Shown here piece by piece: positions 18,065 through 27,514 of a stretch of DNA of 64,000 nt; positions within the stretch are counted from its first letter, which is position 1; every line of letters begins with the position of its first letter. Made by a program: the position numbers and the translations under genes. The stretch spans positions 965,132-1,029,131 of the forward strand of contig CBDEVD010000005.1 of assembly GCA_965243645.1 (NCBI GenBank), written 5' to 3'. The notes beneath the pieces are model-generated. The model was not told where the DNA came from. It searched no databases and was given only the letters and a program-made list of their open reading frames with translations. The stretch comes from Arenicellales bacterium. Lineage in GTDB: Bacteria; Pseudomonadota; Gammaproteobacteria; Arenicellales; JAJDZL01.

Positions 18065-18832
18065 ATGAAAGAACGAATGTTGTCAGAACCGGTTGCATTG
18101 AATGAGTACAACCGGTTAACGAAGCGAGAGTCGGCAAACGATCGGCACCAGAGAATCTATGAGACAATTCGCGAACGGATATCACTGCTTCACTATCCTC
18201 CTCACACTGTTATTGGTGAAACGGAACTTGCAGCCGAATTCAATATCAGCCGCACGCCGATTCGACGGGTACTCCAACGCTTGCATTTTGAAGGTCTGGT
18301 GGATATCAGAAACGGCATCGGGACGGTGGTTACCGACATCGATATCAAGACGATGAAAGAAGTCTATGACCTGCGAATGTACCTGACTGAGTTGATCTCC
18401 GAACTATCGCCGCGTGCCATCACCAACGAGCACATCGATGCGATGGAAACGTTGCTGACGCGAACAAAGTTGATGTATGACGACCGTAACAGTGAAGCCT
18501 ATGGCAGACTGTGTAACGAATTGCACGAAGTTCTGGTTTCGTTGATCGGCAGCGATCCGCTGCGTGAGATTACTGATAACCTATATTATCGATCCGCGCG
18601 CATCTGGATTACTTTTTTACCGAATCTGATATGGAACGACATCATCAGCGAGCAGGAAATTGAAACGTCCGAGATGATCTCCGCGATGAAGCGTGATGAT
18701 ATTCGTGGAGTTGTCCAGGTACGCCGGTTTTATCTGCACTGTACTGTAACCCGAATCAGCGACTACCTTAAAGGCGCTGGCAGCCTCAAGGTCACCCCGA
18801 TTCGTCCAGTTCTCTGTGACCACAACAATTGA
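18065..18832 (+). CDS. GntR family transcriptional regulator (FadR/FCD subfamily)
   Basis: N-terminal winged helix (ELAAEFNISRTPIRRVLQRLHFEGLVDIRNGIGTVV) plus a helical FCD-like C-terminus. ATG 18065 is preferred over the TTG at 18047. Confidence 0.8.
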   Translation: MKERMLSEPVALNEYNRLTKRESANDRHQRIYETIRERISLLHYPPHTVIGETELAAEFNISRTPIRRVLQRLHFEGLVDIRNGIGTVVTDIDIKTMKEVYDLRMYLTELISELSPRAITNEHIDAMETLLTRTKLMYDDRNSEAYGRLCNELHEVLVSLIGSDPLREITDNLYYRSARIWITFLPNLIWNDIISEQEIETSEMISAMKRDDIRGVVQVRRFYLHCTVTRISDYLKGAGSLKVTPIRPVLCDHNN

Positions 18833-18840
18833 GCCGGTCA

Positions 18841-21294
18841 ATGTCGGCTGCCGAGCTGCCGCGGTATTCGCAAGTCGTAATTTGTGGCGGCGGCATCGCG
18901 GGTGCCAGTACTGCCTACCATTTGGCGAAAATGGGTGTTACCGAGGTCACCCTGCTTGAACGACATCGGCTGACCTCCGGCACCACTTGGCACGCGGCCG
19001 GCTTAATCATGCAGTTGCGCGCCACCCATGCCTTGACTGAGTTTGCAAAATACAACGTCGAGTTGTATGCGAATCTGGAACACGAAACCGGGGTGGCTAC
19101 GGGATTCCGGCAAACCGGCACTTTGGGTGTGTGCAGAAATTCAGCGCGACTCTTTGAAACCCGCAAAGTGGTTTCCATTGCCCGCAGCTTCGGCATCGAA
19201 GCCCAAATGCTCACTCCGTCAGAAGCCACAGAAATCTATCCGGCAATCGATGCATGCCAAATTGAAGGTGCGATTTATATTCCCGCGGACGGTCAGACGA
19301 ATCCGGTTGACACGACTCGTTCGCTGATTGCGGGTGCCCGACAACGTGGTGTGGAGGTGGTTGAAGACTGCGAGGTGGTACAGTTGCAGCAAAGCGCTCG
19401 GCAGGACTACCAACTGCAGACTACTCAAGGCGAGATTACTTGTGAAGTGGTGGTTTTGGCTTGTGGGCTCTGGACTCGTGCACTTGCAGCACAACTTGGA
19501 GTGCACGTGCCACTTTATCCATGCGAGCACTACTACGTGATTACCGAGCCCGTGGCTGCAGCAACGCCAGGGTTGCCGGTACTCAGAGATACCGATGGTC
19601 ACTGCTACGTTAAGGAAGACGCGGGTAAATGGCTGGTCGGCGCGTTTGAACCGCATGGCAAACCGGTGGATTTCGGCGCGATTCCAGCAAATGTCCCGTT
19701 TGTTGAGTTGCCGGAAGACTGGGACCAGTTCGAATTGCCGTTCACCCGGGCGACAGAAATCCTGCCGGAACTTCGAAATCTTGGGATCACAAGATTCCTG
19801 GCTGGACCCGAGAGTTTCACACCGGACCTGCTCTTCTTATTGGGTGAGGTGGCAGGACGACGGAATCTTTTTATATCAGCTGGATATAACTCAGAAGGCA
19901 TTGAACTAAATCCCGCCGCCGGCCGGGTGCTGGCGCAGTGGATTGTAGAGGGTAAGCCAACCATTGACTTGGGATTCGTCGATGTCAATCGATTTCACGC
20001 AAGTCAGAACAATACGAGTTACCTGAAGGTACGCGGCCCGGAGGTGTTGGGGTTACACTACAAAATGAACTGGCCCCATCGCCAAAAGGAATCCGCGCGC
20101 GGTGTACGCAAAAGTGTGTTGCATGATCGTTGGGCTGAGCTTAACGCGAGTTTCGGTGAAGCGGTACTTTGGGAGCGGCCGCTGTGGTTCGCAAATCCGG
20201 GTAGTGCAACTGAGAATGTCTATTCCCACTGTCGGCCGAATTGGTTTGAGAGAACTGCCGAGGAATGCCACGCGGCACGCAACAACGCGATCATTATTGA
20301 TCAGAGTTCATTCGGTAAGTTCCTGGTTCAGGGTCGCCAGGCCTTGGATTTCCTGCAGTGGGCCTGTGCCAGAAACGTCGATGTTCCGTGCGGCAAAATT
20401 GTGTATACGATGATGTTGAACCAACGTGGTGGGATCGAAGTCGATTTAACCGTGAATCGTTTGCGGGAAGACTGTTTCATGTTGATTACCTCTGCCACTT
20501 CGGCGTCGCGGGATTACGCCTGGATGCAACGACAGGCGACTCAATTTAGCGACGTTGTACTCACGGATGTCACGTCCTGTTATACGGTGCTATCCATCCA
20601 GGGGCCCAAGTCGCGCGAGATTCTGTCGGCGGTTTCGACTGCGAATTTCAGTCGTGAAGCCTTTCCATTTGCCACCTCCAAAGCTGTTGAAATCGGCTTG
20701 GGTGAGGCTGTCGTAAACCGGCTGACCTTTATTGGCGAATTGGGCTTTGAGTTGCTGATCGCAACGGAGTTTGCTCAAGACCTATTCGACCGGCTCATGG
20801 GTGCAGGAGAAAATTTTGGCTTGCGGCCGGCAGGGTATCATGCGCTCGAGCACTTACGTCTCGAGGCGGGATTTCGCGAATTCGACTTGGATCTCACACC
20901 GGAAGATACGCCCATTGAAGCGGGTTTGTCGCTGGCAATCACGATGGATAAATACAGTCCATTCGAGGGTCAGGCGGCGCTGATGAGGCAGACTCAGCGC
21001 GAGCATCTGGACAAGCGCCTGGTACTTTTCAAACTACTTGATCCGCAGCCCGTTGTATGGGGTGAAGAGGTTATCTATTGCGATGGCAGAGCGGTCGGTT
21101 ATCTTTCTTCAGGCGCATTCAGTTTCACCCTGGGATGTTCAGTCGGGATGGGTTATGTTCACCACCCCGGTGGGGTTACAGCAAATTGCCTGAATAATGG
21201 CAGTTGGGAGATTGAACTTGCCGATCAGCGATTCCCAGCTGCTGCATCGCTGCGCGCATTTGTTGATTCTCACCGAGATTCGATTGATCAATAA
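18841..21294 (+). CDS. dimethylglycine/sarcosine dehydrogenase-like FAD oxidoreductase fused to a GcvT aminomethyltransferase domain
   Basis: About 817 aa with an FAD fold (VVICGGGIAGASTAYHLAK) and a C-terminal GcvT-like folate-binding region. ATG 18841 is preferred; the track starts at TTG 18829. Confidence 0.8.
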   Translation: MSAAELPRYSQVVICGGGIAGASTAYHLAKMGVTEVTLLERHRLTSGTTWHAAGLIMQLRATHALTEFAKYNVELYANLEHETGVATGFRQTGTLGVCRNSARLFETRKVVSIARSFGIEAQMLTPSEATEIYPAIDACQIEGAIYIPADGQTNPVDTTRSLIAGARQRGVEVVEDCEVVQLQQSARQDYQLQTTQGEITCEVVVLACGLWTRALAAQLGVHVPLYPCEHYYVITEPVAAATPGLPVLRDTDGHCYVKEDAGKWLVGAFEPHGKPVDFGAIPANVPFVELPEDWDQFELPFTRATEILPELRNLGITRFLAGPESFTPDLLFLLGEVAGRRNLFISAGYNSEGIELNPAAGRVLAQWIVEGKPTIDLGFVDVNRFHASQNNTSYLKVRGPEVLGLHYKMNWPHRQKESARGVRKSVLHDRWAELNASFGEAVLWERPLWFANPGSATENVYSHCRPNWFERTAEECHAARNNAIIIDQSSFGKFLVQGRQALDFLQWACARNVDVPCGKIVYTMMLNQRGGIEVDLTVNRLREDCFMLITSATSASRDYAWMQRQATQFSDVVLTDVTSCYTVLSIQGPKSREILSAVSTANFSREAFPFATSKAVEIGLGEAVVNRLTFIGELGFELLIATEFAQDLFDRLMGAGENFGLRPAGYHALEHLRLEAGFREFDLDLTPEDTPIEAGLSLAITMDKYSPFEGQAALMRQTQREHLDKRLVLFKLLDPQPVVWGEEVIYCDGRAVGYLSSGAFSFTLGCSVGMGYVHHPGGVTANCLNNGSWEIELADQRFPAAASLRAFVDSHRDSIDQ

Positions 21295-21397
21295 CGTTTG
21301 CAGTTTGTTGGGTCAACACTCAAAAAACTGAGCTTATGAGCCAAACAAAACCTCACCTTCGGACTCAATTGGAAATTTGAGTGGTACTTAACTAAGA

Positions 21398-22774
21398 TCA
21401 AGCTGAATGTTTGACGCGTTTGCGCGTATTTCTTGGTTTATTGGTGCGCAGCTCCTGAGGCACCAGTTCAGTGATGCCTTTGGCCGTCGCGAAATGTTTA
21501 TCTTTGACGTAGCTTTCGTGATTTTGGACAATTTTTTCCGGATCATAAACATAATTGGCCAGCATGCCGAGTGATTGTTCAAACCCGTTTACCGAAGAAT
21601 CTCCAAGCCAGTTAATGCGTTCCAGACGCGCGCCGTTGCTCAGGTGAAAACGCGCGACTGGGTCCTGTGGTTCATCGCCCCTTCTTATACGGGTCAGGTA
21701 ATAGGCACACAGCATTATCAGTACAGGTTTCAGGGACTCCATCAGCACTTCGTTCTCATACCAATTGTCTGCCTGCGTCTGCTGCAACAATACCTGATCG
21801 TCAGTTGCGACGCCATAGTTGTCAGCTTCGTCAATAATTGACATGAGCCATTTACGAAAGCCTGGAATAGGCGACAATGTCGAGAAGAACTTCAGCTGGG
21901 GGAATTCCAGCGACAGTTGCTGCACCACTTGTTTGATCAGCAGATTTCCGAATGAAACACCTCTCAAGCCCTGCTGGCAATTGTTGATCGAATAGAAAAT
22001 GGCAGTGTCCGCCTGTTGCGGATTGGTAATGCTACGGTCTGCATCAATAACGGGTTGGATTGATTGCGACAGTCCTTTGACCAAGGCGACTTCGACGAAG
22101 ATCAGGGGTTCGTTTCTCAAGTTCGGATGAAAAAAAGCAAAGCAGCGTCGATCATTGGCCAAGCGGCCGCGCAAGTCTCCCCAGCCTTTGATCTCATGCA
22201 CTGACTCGTACTGAATCAATTTTTCCAGCACTGTAGCGGGCGATTCCCAATCGATTTGTTGGAGTTCCAGAAATCCGCGATTGAACCAGGAAGCCAATAG
22301 ATGCTTCAGGTCATAGTCAACAGCCTCAAGGTGGGGGTGCGGTCCCATTAGTCGCAACAGGTCGTGGCGCATTTCAACAATCGTTCCGACACCACCGGGT
22401 GCGATATTGATGCGTCGAAAGAGTTCCTGCCGATTGGATTCGATTTGTTGGGTCAACTGTCGCAAGGTAATTGGATCCTGCGACTTGCAATAGTCTTTGG
22501 CAGCTTGCAGGACCGCGTCGGTGTTGACACCGAATTCGTTATGGACTGTTTGAAAAAATTTCAGACGTGTGGGTTCGTCTGAGTTGCGATACCGATCAAC
22601 GATATCGCGAGCGATGGCCATTCCAGACGCTTCGCCCTTGGTGGACAGCAGTTCGTGACATAAATCAGGAAGTGATTTTGATCGCCCTTTGGTGGTGCGC
22701 ATGCGAGCGCGCAGCAACTCCATACCTGCATCAGCAATCGAGTTAAGCAAGTGATTGAATCGTGGTGTGTCCAT
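21398..22774 (-). CDS. malonyl-CoA decarboxylase
   Basis: 458 aa with MCD family signatures (FFSTLSPIPGFRKWL, VARFHLSNGARLERINW). Confidence 0.8.
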   Translation of the reverse strand: MDTPRFNHLLNSIADAGMELLRARMRTTKGRSKSLPDLCHELLSTKGEASGMAIARDIVDRYRNSDEPTRLKFFQTVHNEFGVNTDAVLQAAKDYCKSQDPITLRQLTQQIESNRQELFRRINIAPGGVGTIVEMRHDLLRLMGPHPHLEAVDYDLKHLLASWFNRGFLELQQIDWESPATVLEKLIQYESVHEIKGWGDLRGRLANDRRCFAFFHPNLRNEPLIFVEVALVKGLSQSIQPVIDADRSITNPQQADTAIFYSINNCQQGLRGVSFGNLLIKQVVQQLSLEFPQLKFFSTLSPIPGFRKWLMSIIDEADNYGVATDDQVLLQQTQADNWYENEVLMESLKPVLIMLCAYYLTRIRRGDEPQDPVARFHLSNGARLERINWLGDSSVNGFEQSLGMLANYVYDPEKIVQNHESYVKDKHFATAKGITELVPQELRTNKPRNTRKRVKHSA

Positions 22775-23293
22775 TGTCTGTTAAATTTGTGCAACAGGTT
22801 TGAATTTTAGAATGTTCCATGCATTACGATGGACCTTTTCGGTTTGCTGGTAAAAAACACTGCAAGGCACTTTCCCGAATTTTCAATTTGCGCGAAGAAC
22901 AAGCTCAATCAAGCGGTCGGAAGTAGTCATTGTCCACAATTTGAGCCGACGAAATCCTGTGGATATGTGGCTTGATGAAGCGGCTAGAGACGCACACAAA
23001 TTTGGTGTTTCGGTGACCAACGATTCAGGATGCCAAGACAAAAACATAAAATTGGACGGTAATGGCACAGGAGTTTATTTGACCTATTAACTGACAAATA
23101 GACGGAAATTGAAAGTAACTAATAATATAAAAAAAAACAGATAAATACACAGTGATTGATATGCAATAAAATGAGATTAACACATTCTATAGTACATATA
23201 GACGCTGATCTGTTATCAATATAGACGGATACTTCTAAAGCAAAACTAGTATCAGTGAGAACTGGAACGAAACCAGATCTTCCATGGCGGACT

Positions 23294-24478
23294 TCATTGA
23301 TCATGCGTACGAACCAGTTGAACTGACAGCACCAGGCTGGCCATCGAAAGCGCGAGCATCATTCCCAGCAGGTATACCGGCTCTGGAGTGTGCGTAACGA
23401 CGAATCCTGTTACCATGGCTAATAAACCACCGCCAGCTGTATAGACCGCACCCGCAACGCCCGATGCGCTACCCGCGAGTTCTTTGCGAATACTCATTAG
23501 ACTGGAATTGGCCGACGGCAATGTCAATCCGTTTCCCAAGCCCACGAATATCGTCGTTGAGAACACTGTCAAGGGTGAAACGATGCCCATCAGTAGCAAC
23601 ACTACGCCGACAGTGAGTCCGGTACAGGCGCTGAGCCCACCGATTAGGATCATCCAGTCAAGCGGTATTGTTTTGGCGAATCGACCCGACAGAAAATTAC
23701 CGATCAGAAAACCCATCGAAATCGAACCGATTGCCATTCCTATTTCAGGTTGGGTCATTCCCAACCGTTGTGAAGCGACTTGTGGTACGCCGCTTATAAA
23801 AACAAAAAAGGCGCCAACTGAAAGCGTAATAATCAATGCATATGCCCAGAACGCAGGTGTCGCAATCAGTGATCGATAAGTACGCCACAAGGCAGCCACT
23901 GAAGCAGGTCGGCTGCGCGCGGTCTCGGGGAGAAAATTCAAAACCATCAGCCACACACCTATACCAGCGGTAGTGAGTACCCAAAAGCAGGCTCGCCAAC
24001 CCCATGTTGAACCAACAATGCCGCCAATGACAGGGCTCAGAATCGGCGACAAACTCATCGCCATGCCAATGTAGCCCAAAATGCTGGCGGCCTGACGACG
24101 TTCAGCAATATCAATGACAATTGCACGAGACAAAATTGCAGCACATATCACTGCCCCCTGAATGATTCGGAACGTGATGAACCAAAGATACTCAGTTGCC
24201 AGTGCACAACCGATTGATGCTGCAATAAACAGCGTTAAACCAACAAGGAGGACAGGTCTTCGACCGTAGCGATCGGCCAGGGGTCCTGCCACAATTTGCA
24301 AGATTGCAGTAAAGACGAGGTACCCCGAAAGGGCAAAATTCATCGTGTTGTAATCGACCTGGAGGTCTATCGCCATTTCCGCCAGTGATGGCAGAAACAG
24401 ATTCAGTGATGCAATGGGAACCGCCGCGAGGACAATTAGGGTTGCTATTCGTTGTCGAACCTCGTCCTGCTGAGTCAT
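23294..24478 (-). CDS. MFS transporter (Bcr/CflA DHA1-type efflux)
   Basis: 394 aa, 12 predicted helices, and an MFS motif A-like GPLADRYGRRPVLL. Confidence 0.8.
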   Translation of the reverse strand: MTQQDEVRQRIATLIVLAAVPIASLNLFLPSLAEMAIDLQVDYNTMNFALSGYLVFTAILQIVAGPLADRYGRRPVLLVGLTLFIAASIGCALATEYLWFITFRIIQGAVICAAILSRAIVIDIAERRQAASILGYIGMAMSLSPILSPVIGGIVGSTWGWRACFWVLTTAGIGVWLMVLNFLPETARSRPASVAALWRTYRSLIATPAFWAYALIITLSVGAFFVFISGVPQVASQRLGMTQPEIGMAIGSISMGFLIGNFLSGRFAKTIPLDWMILIGGLSACTGLTVGVVLLLMGIVSPLTVFSTTIFVGLGNGLTLPSANSSLMSIRKELAGSASGVAGAVYTAGGGLLAMVTGFVVTHTPEPVYLLGMMLALSMASLVLSVQLVRTHDQ

Positions 24479-24752
24479 GTGATTGGTTACCAGCAGGCCC
24501 GATGAGTGGTGACAATAATCGATGGTCCGCGAAGGGTAGAACCCGTACCTCGCAGGCGGAATCGAATTGGACGGTGATTCGCGTTGCGCAAATATCGACT
24601 CAAGCGCGTACCAGCTAGCCAGATTGTTATCGGAACAATACCTGGAAGTCTTGTCGATCTATCACCAAGATTAGAGCGCGCTTGGTCCCTGTGTTTCTTA
24701 AGGATTTCGCCTACGTAATACTGGGTGGGACTATGCTGCTCAGGGTGTGATT

Positions 24753-25091
24753 TCAACGGAAAAACACCACGAGCAACGCACCATCAGGTGAATAGGAATG
24801 GTGTTTGGTTTGTGCCTCCAGCCAAACCAGGTCACCCTTTTGATATCGATATCCATCGTGATCAATAATCTCGCCCTCAAGGATAAAAAACTCCTCATCC
24901 CCTGCATGAACGTGGGGTGTCGTGATGTGCCCGGCTGGCATGCGATAGACATGAAACCCGTAGCCCAACTCGGCCCCTGGATTTACCTGCAGGACCTCGC
25001 CATCTTCACGGCCGTCGTCATCGATTAGCGGTACAAAGACTCCATCGTCTACATTGACCACGCGGCGTTGCTGTGAATTTATTGGTTCCAT
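24753..25091 (-). CDS. cupin domain protein
   Basis: 112 aa with cupin motifs (TTPHVHAGDEEFFILEGE ... HHSYSP). Confidence 0.6.
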   Translation of the reverse strand: MEPINSQQRRVVNVDDGVFVPLIDDDGREDGEVLQVNPGAELGYGFHVYRMPAGHITTPHVHAGDEEFFILEGEIIDHDGYRYQKGDLVWLEAQTKHHSYSPDGALLVVFFR

Positions 25092-25121
25092 TGTGTGCCC
25101 TTTATGATTGATTGGGGTTGT

Positions 25122-25847
25122 TTATAACGATTTCGAAATGACGTCAAGTCCGGTCAGTGTCAGGTCTGGAACGATTTCAAAATTGTATGTTGAATTTTTT
25201 TCGAGCAGCGCGGCGCTGCCTCCCGTTAACACCAGTTTCGGTGAGTTATCCAGTAGCTTGCAATATTCGTCGATCAGTCGGTCAACTCCGCCGGCGATCG
25301 CGTAAACGATGCCGCTCGAAACCGCTTCGGGAGTACTCCTCGACGGTAGCTCTGGTTCCAGGGTGTGAAATTCGGAAATTCCGGAAGCCCGTTGCCAAAG
25401 TGATGCTCGAGCGAGATTGAAGCCGGGTAATATAGATCCCCCGATAAACTCTCCATCCGTCGCGAGTGCATCGACGGTAATGGCCGTACCACTGTCTATC
25501 GTGATGGACGCACAAGGATGAATTGACCACGTTCCAATTAGTGTCACCCACCGGTCTGCACCGAGCTCCTGTATATTTCGATAGGTGTTGCGAATACCGC
25601 ATTGCGCAGCTGTTGAAGCCACTTGTGTAGTCCGAATCTGCCATTGCTGCGTCGCGAAATGCTGGAGATCGTCTGCGAGTTCATTCGCTGCTACATTAAC
25701 AAAGACTATCCCCGAAATACCCTTGAGATCACCGAAATGCTCATGCAGGTTGCCTTTAAACGTTGCCTGCGAGGACGAAAAGACACCGCTTTTGGTGCCG
25801 CATCGCCACTTCGCGTTTTCGTTTCCGATGTCAATTAGCAGATACAC
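25122..25847 (-). CDS. coaX: type III pantothenate kinase
   Basis: A GTG start at 25847 gives VYLLIDIGNENAKW..., the canonical CoaX N-terminus, with ADRW and DSGTAITVD motifs downstream. The 299-aa track ORF over-extends into the upstream AEC gene. Confidence 0.8.
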   Translation of the reverse strand: MYLLIDIGNENAKWRCGTKSGVFSSSQATFKGNLHEHFGDLKGISGIVFVNVAANELADDLQHFATQQWQIRTTQVASTAAQCGIRNTYRNIQELGADRWVTLIGTWSIHPCASITIDSGTAITVDALATDGEFIGGSILPGFNLARASLWQRASGISEFHTLEPELPSRSTPEAVSSGIVYAIAGGVDRLIDEYCKLLDNSPKLVLTGGSAALLEKNSTYNFEIVPDLTLTGLDVISKSL

Positions 25848-25855
25848 AAAAAAAA

Positions 25856-26788
25856 TCAGCCGATTTGATTGAGTACGATGGTCAGAGTCGCAACCGAAAT
25901 TATCGTTGAAATCAAGATTGATGCCGCAGTACGGCCTGTGTATGTATTGTATTGCTGAGCGAGGATATAGACTGTAACTGCGACTGGCATAGCGGCAGCT
26001 ATGGCTGCACTTTGCGCCCATATCGGATCAACTAAAAACAGGTGGAACATCGAAATCCAAATCAACAGGGGGTGAATAATCAACTTGATGACACTGATCA
26101 CCATAATCTGCAGTTGTAGAAACTCAGCGCGATCCTCATCGAGGCTGGCACCCAATGCAAAGAGTGCGCATGGTGCGGCTGCCGACCCCAGTAACACGAA
26201 AAATCGATCTGCAACTTCTGGCATTCGCAAACCTGAAACAGAAAATAGCGCGCCCAGTGCAACAGCGATCAGGATGGGATTTTGCGCAATCGATTGAAGC
26301 GTGTTTCCAAACACTTGTCCGATCGATGTGCGGCTTGAGTTTTTACACCGCTCAAGCAGCACTGAAGCCAGAGGCAGCATGATTGCGAGGTCAATTGTGG
26401 TGCAGATGATTATGGGTACACCGGCCTCATCACCAAACGCGATCGTAACAAATGGCAGGCCCAGATAGCCGGTGTTACCGTAGATACAAGCCGTTGCAAA
26501 AATAACCCGCAGTCTGTATTGCAGGTGAAACACATAATGGGCAATTGCCATGCTGATTGCAAACAAAACGAGTGCAACGCAACCATAGGCTGCAACAAAC
26601 TGCCATTGAAATTCTCCGCGCAAGTCTGCTTTTGCCATCAGCGAAAATACCAGCACGGGCAGGGCAAAATAATAGACGAACAGATTGAGGCCTGAGCGGC
26701 GCTCGGAATTCAGTATTGCTTTCCGTGCGGCAACAAAGCCACAGGCAATGACAGCAAAAAAAGGAAGAGTTATCAGGATTGTAGTCAT
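25856..26788 (-). CDS. AEC (auxin efflux carrier) family transporter, MdcF-like
   Basis: 310-aa polytopic membrane protein with size and N-terminus typical of AEC permeases. Confidence 0.7.
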   Translation of the reverse strand: MTTILITLPFFAVIACGFVAARKAILNSERRSGLNLFVYYFALPVLVFSLMAKADLRGEFQWQFVAAYGCVALVLFAISMAIAHYVFHLQYRLRVIFATACIYGNTGYLGLPFVTIAFGDEAGVPIIICTTIDLAIMLPLASVLLERCKNSSRTSIGQVFGNTLQSIAQNPILIAVALGALFSVSGLRMPEVADRFFVLLGSAAAPCALFALGASLDEDRAEFLQLQIMVISVIKLIIHPLLIWISMFHLFLVDPIWAQSAAIAAAMPVAVTVYILAQQYNTYTGRTAASILISTIISVATLTIVLNQIG

Positions 26789-26881
26789 TTTGCAGTCATA
26801 ATTAACAATTGAGCGAACTCATCTACCAGCATAACAAGCAGTGAAAAGGAAAAGTTTAAATTGTCCGGCCGTGTAATCAGT

Positions 26882-27412
26882 ATGCAATACTGCAGTGTTT
26901 GTGGTGCGCAGGTTTCAAAGCGGGTCCCGCATGGGGACACCCTGCCACGTTATATCTGTAACGAATGTGGCATGGTTCACTATCAGAATCCCAAAGTTGT
27001 AGCGGGTTGCATTGTGACCTGGCAGGACAAAATACTGCTGTGCAGACGTGCGATTGAACCGCGCTACGGACTTTGGACCATTCCCGCAGGATTTATGGAA
27101 CTCGGTGAAACTGTAAACGCAGCGGCCGCTCGAGAAACGCTAGAGGAAGCTTGTGCGGTTGTGGAAATTGACAATCTGTTCGCGGTGTACAACATCCCCC
27201 ACGTCAGCCAAGTGTATGTCATCTTCAAAGCCCATCTGGATGCGCCGGAGTTTGCCCCTGGTGATGAGAGTCTTGAAACCGAACTTTTCCTGGCCGACGA
27301 AATTCCCTGGGATGAACTGGCGTTTCAGGTCGTGCGCGCCGCGCTTGAGCGATTTATTGAAACTCGTCATCAGTTACCTCAAATACCCTATGTGGACGAC
27401 ATCATAAGGTGA
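26882..27412 (+). CDS. NUDIX hydrolase with N-terminal zinc ribbon
   Basis: CSVCG...CNECG zinc ribbon followed by a Nudix box (GFMELGETVNAAAARETLEEA). ATG 26882 is preferred over TTG 26861. Confidence 0.8.
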   Translation: MQYCSVCGAQVSKRVPHGDTLPRYICNECGMVHYQNPKVVAGCIVTWQDKILLCRRAIEPRYGLWTIPAGFMELGETVNAAAARETLEEACAVVEIDNLFAVYNIPHVSQVYVIFKAHLDAPEFAPGDESLETELFLADEIPWDELAFQVVRAALERFIETRHQLPQIPYVDDIIR

Positions 27413-27514
27413 CAGAACGAGGTCTATCAAAGGAGCAGCAATCCAAAGTGATGAGATGCTTGCGAAGCCTTCGTTTACCGTGTCCCACACATAGCAACCC
27501 ATTGCTCACATAGG

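Noticed and set aside
25848-26021. N-terminal extension of the 299-aa ORF (25122-26021) overlapping the end of the AEC transporter gene
   Set aside because: The extension has no family resemblance and overlaps 25856-26021 of a well-supported gene. A GTG at 25847 gives the canonical CoaX start VYLLIDIGN, so the shorter CDS was reported.
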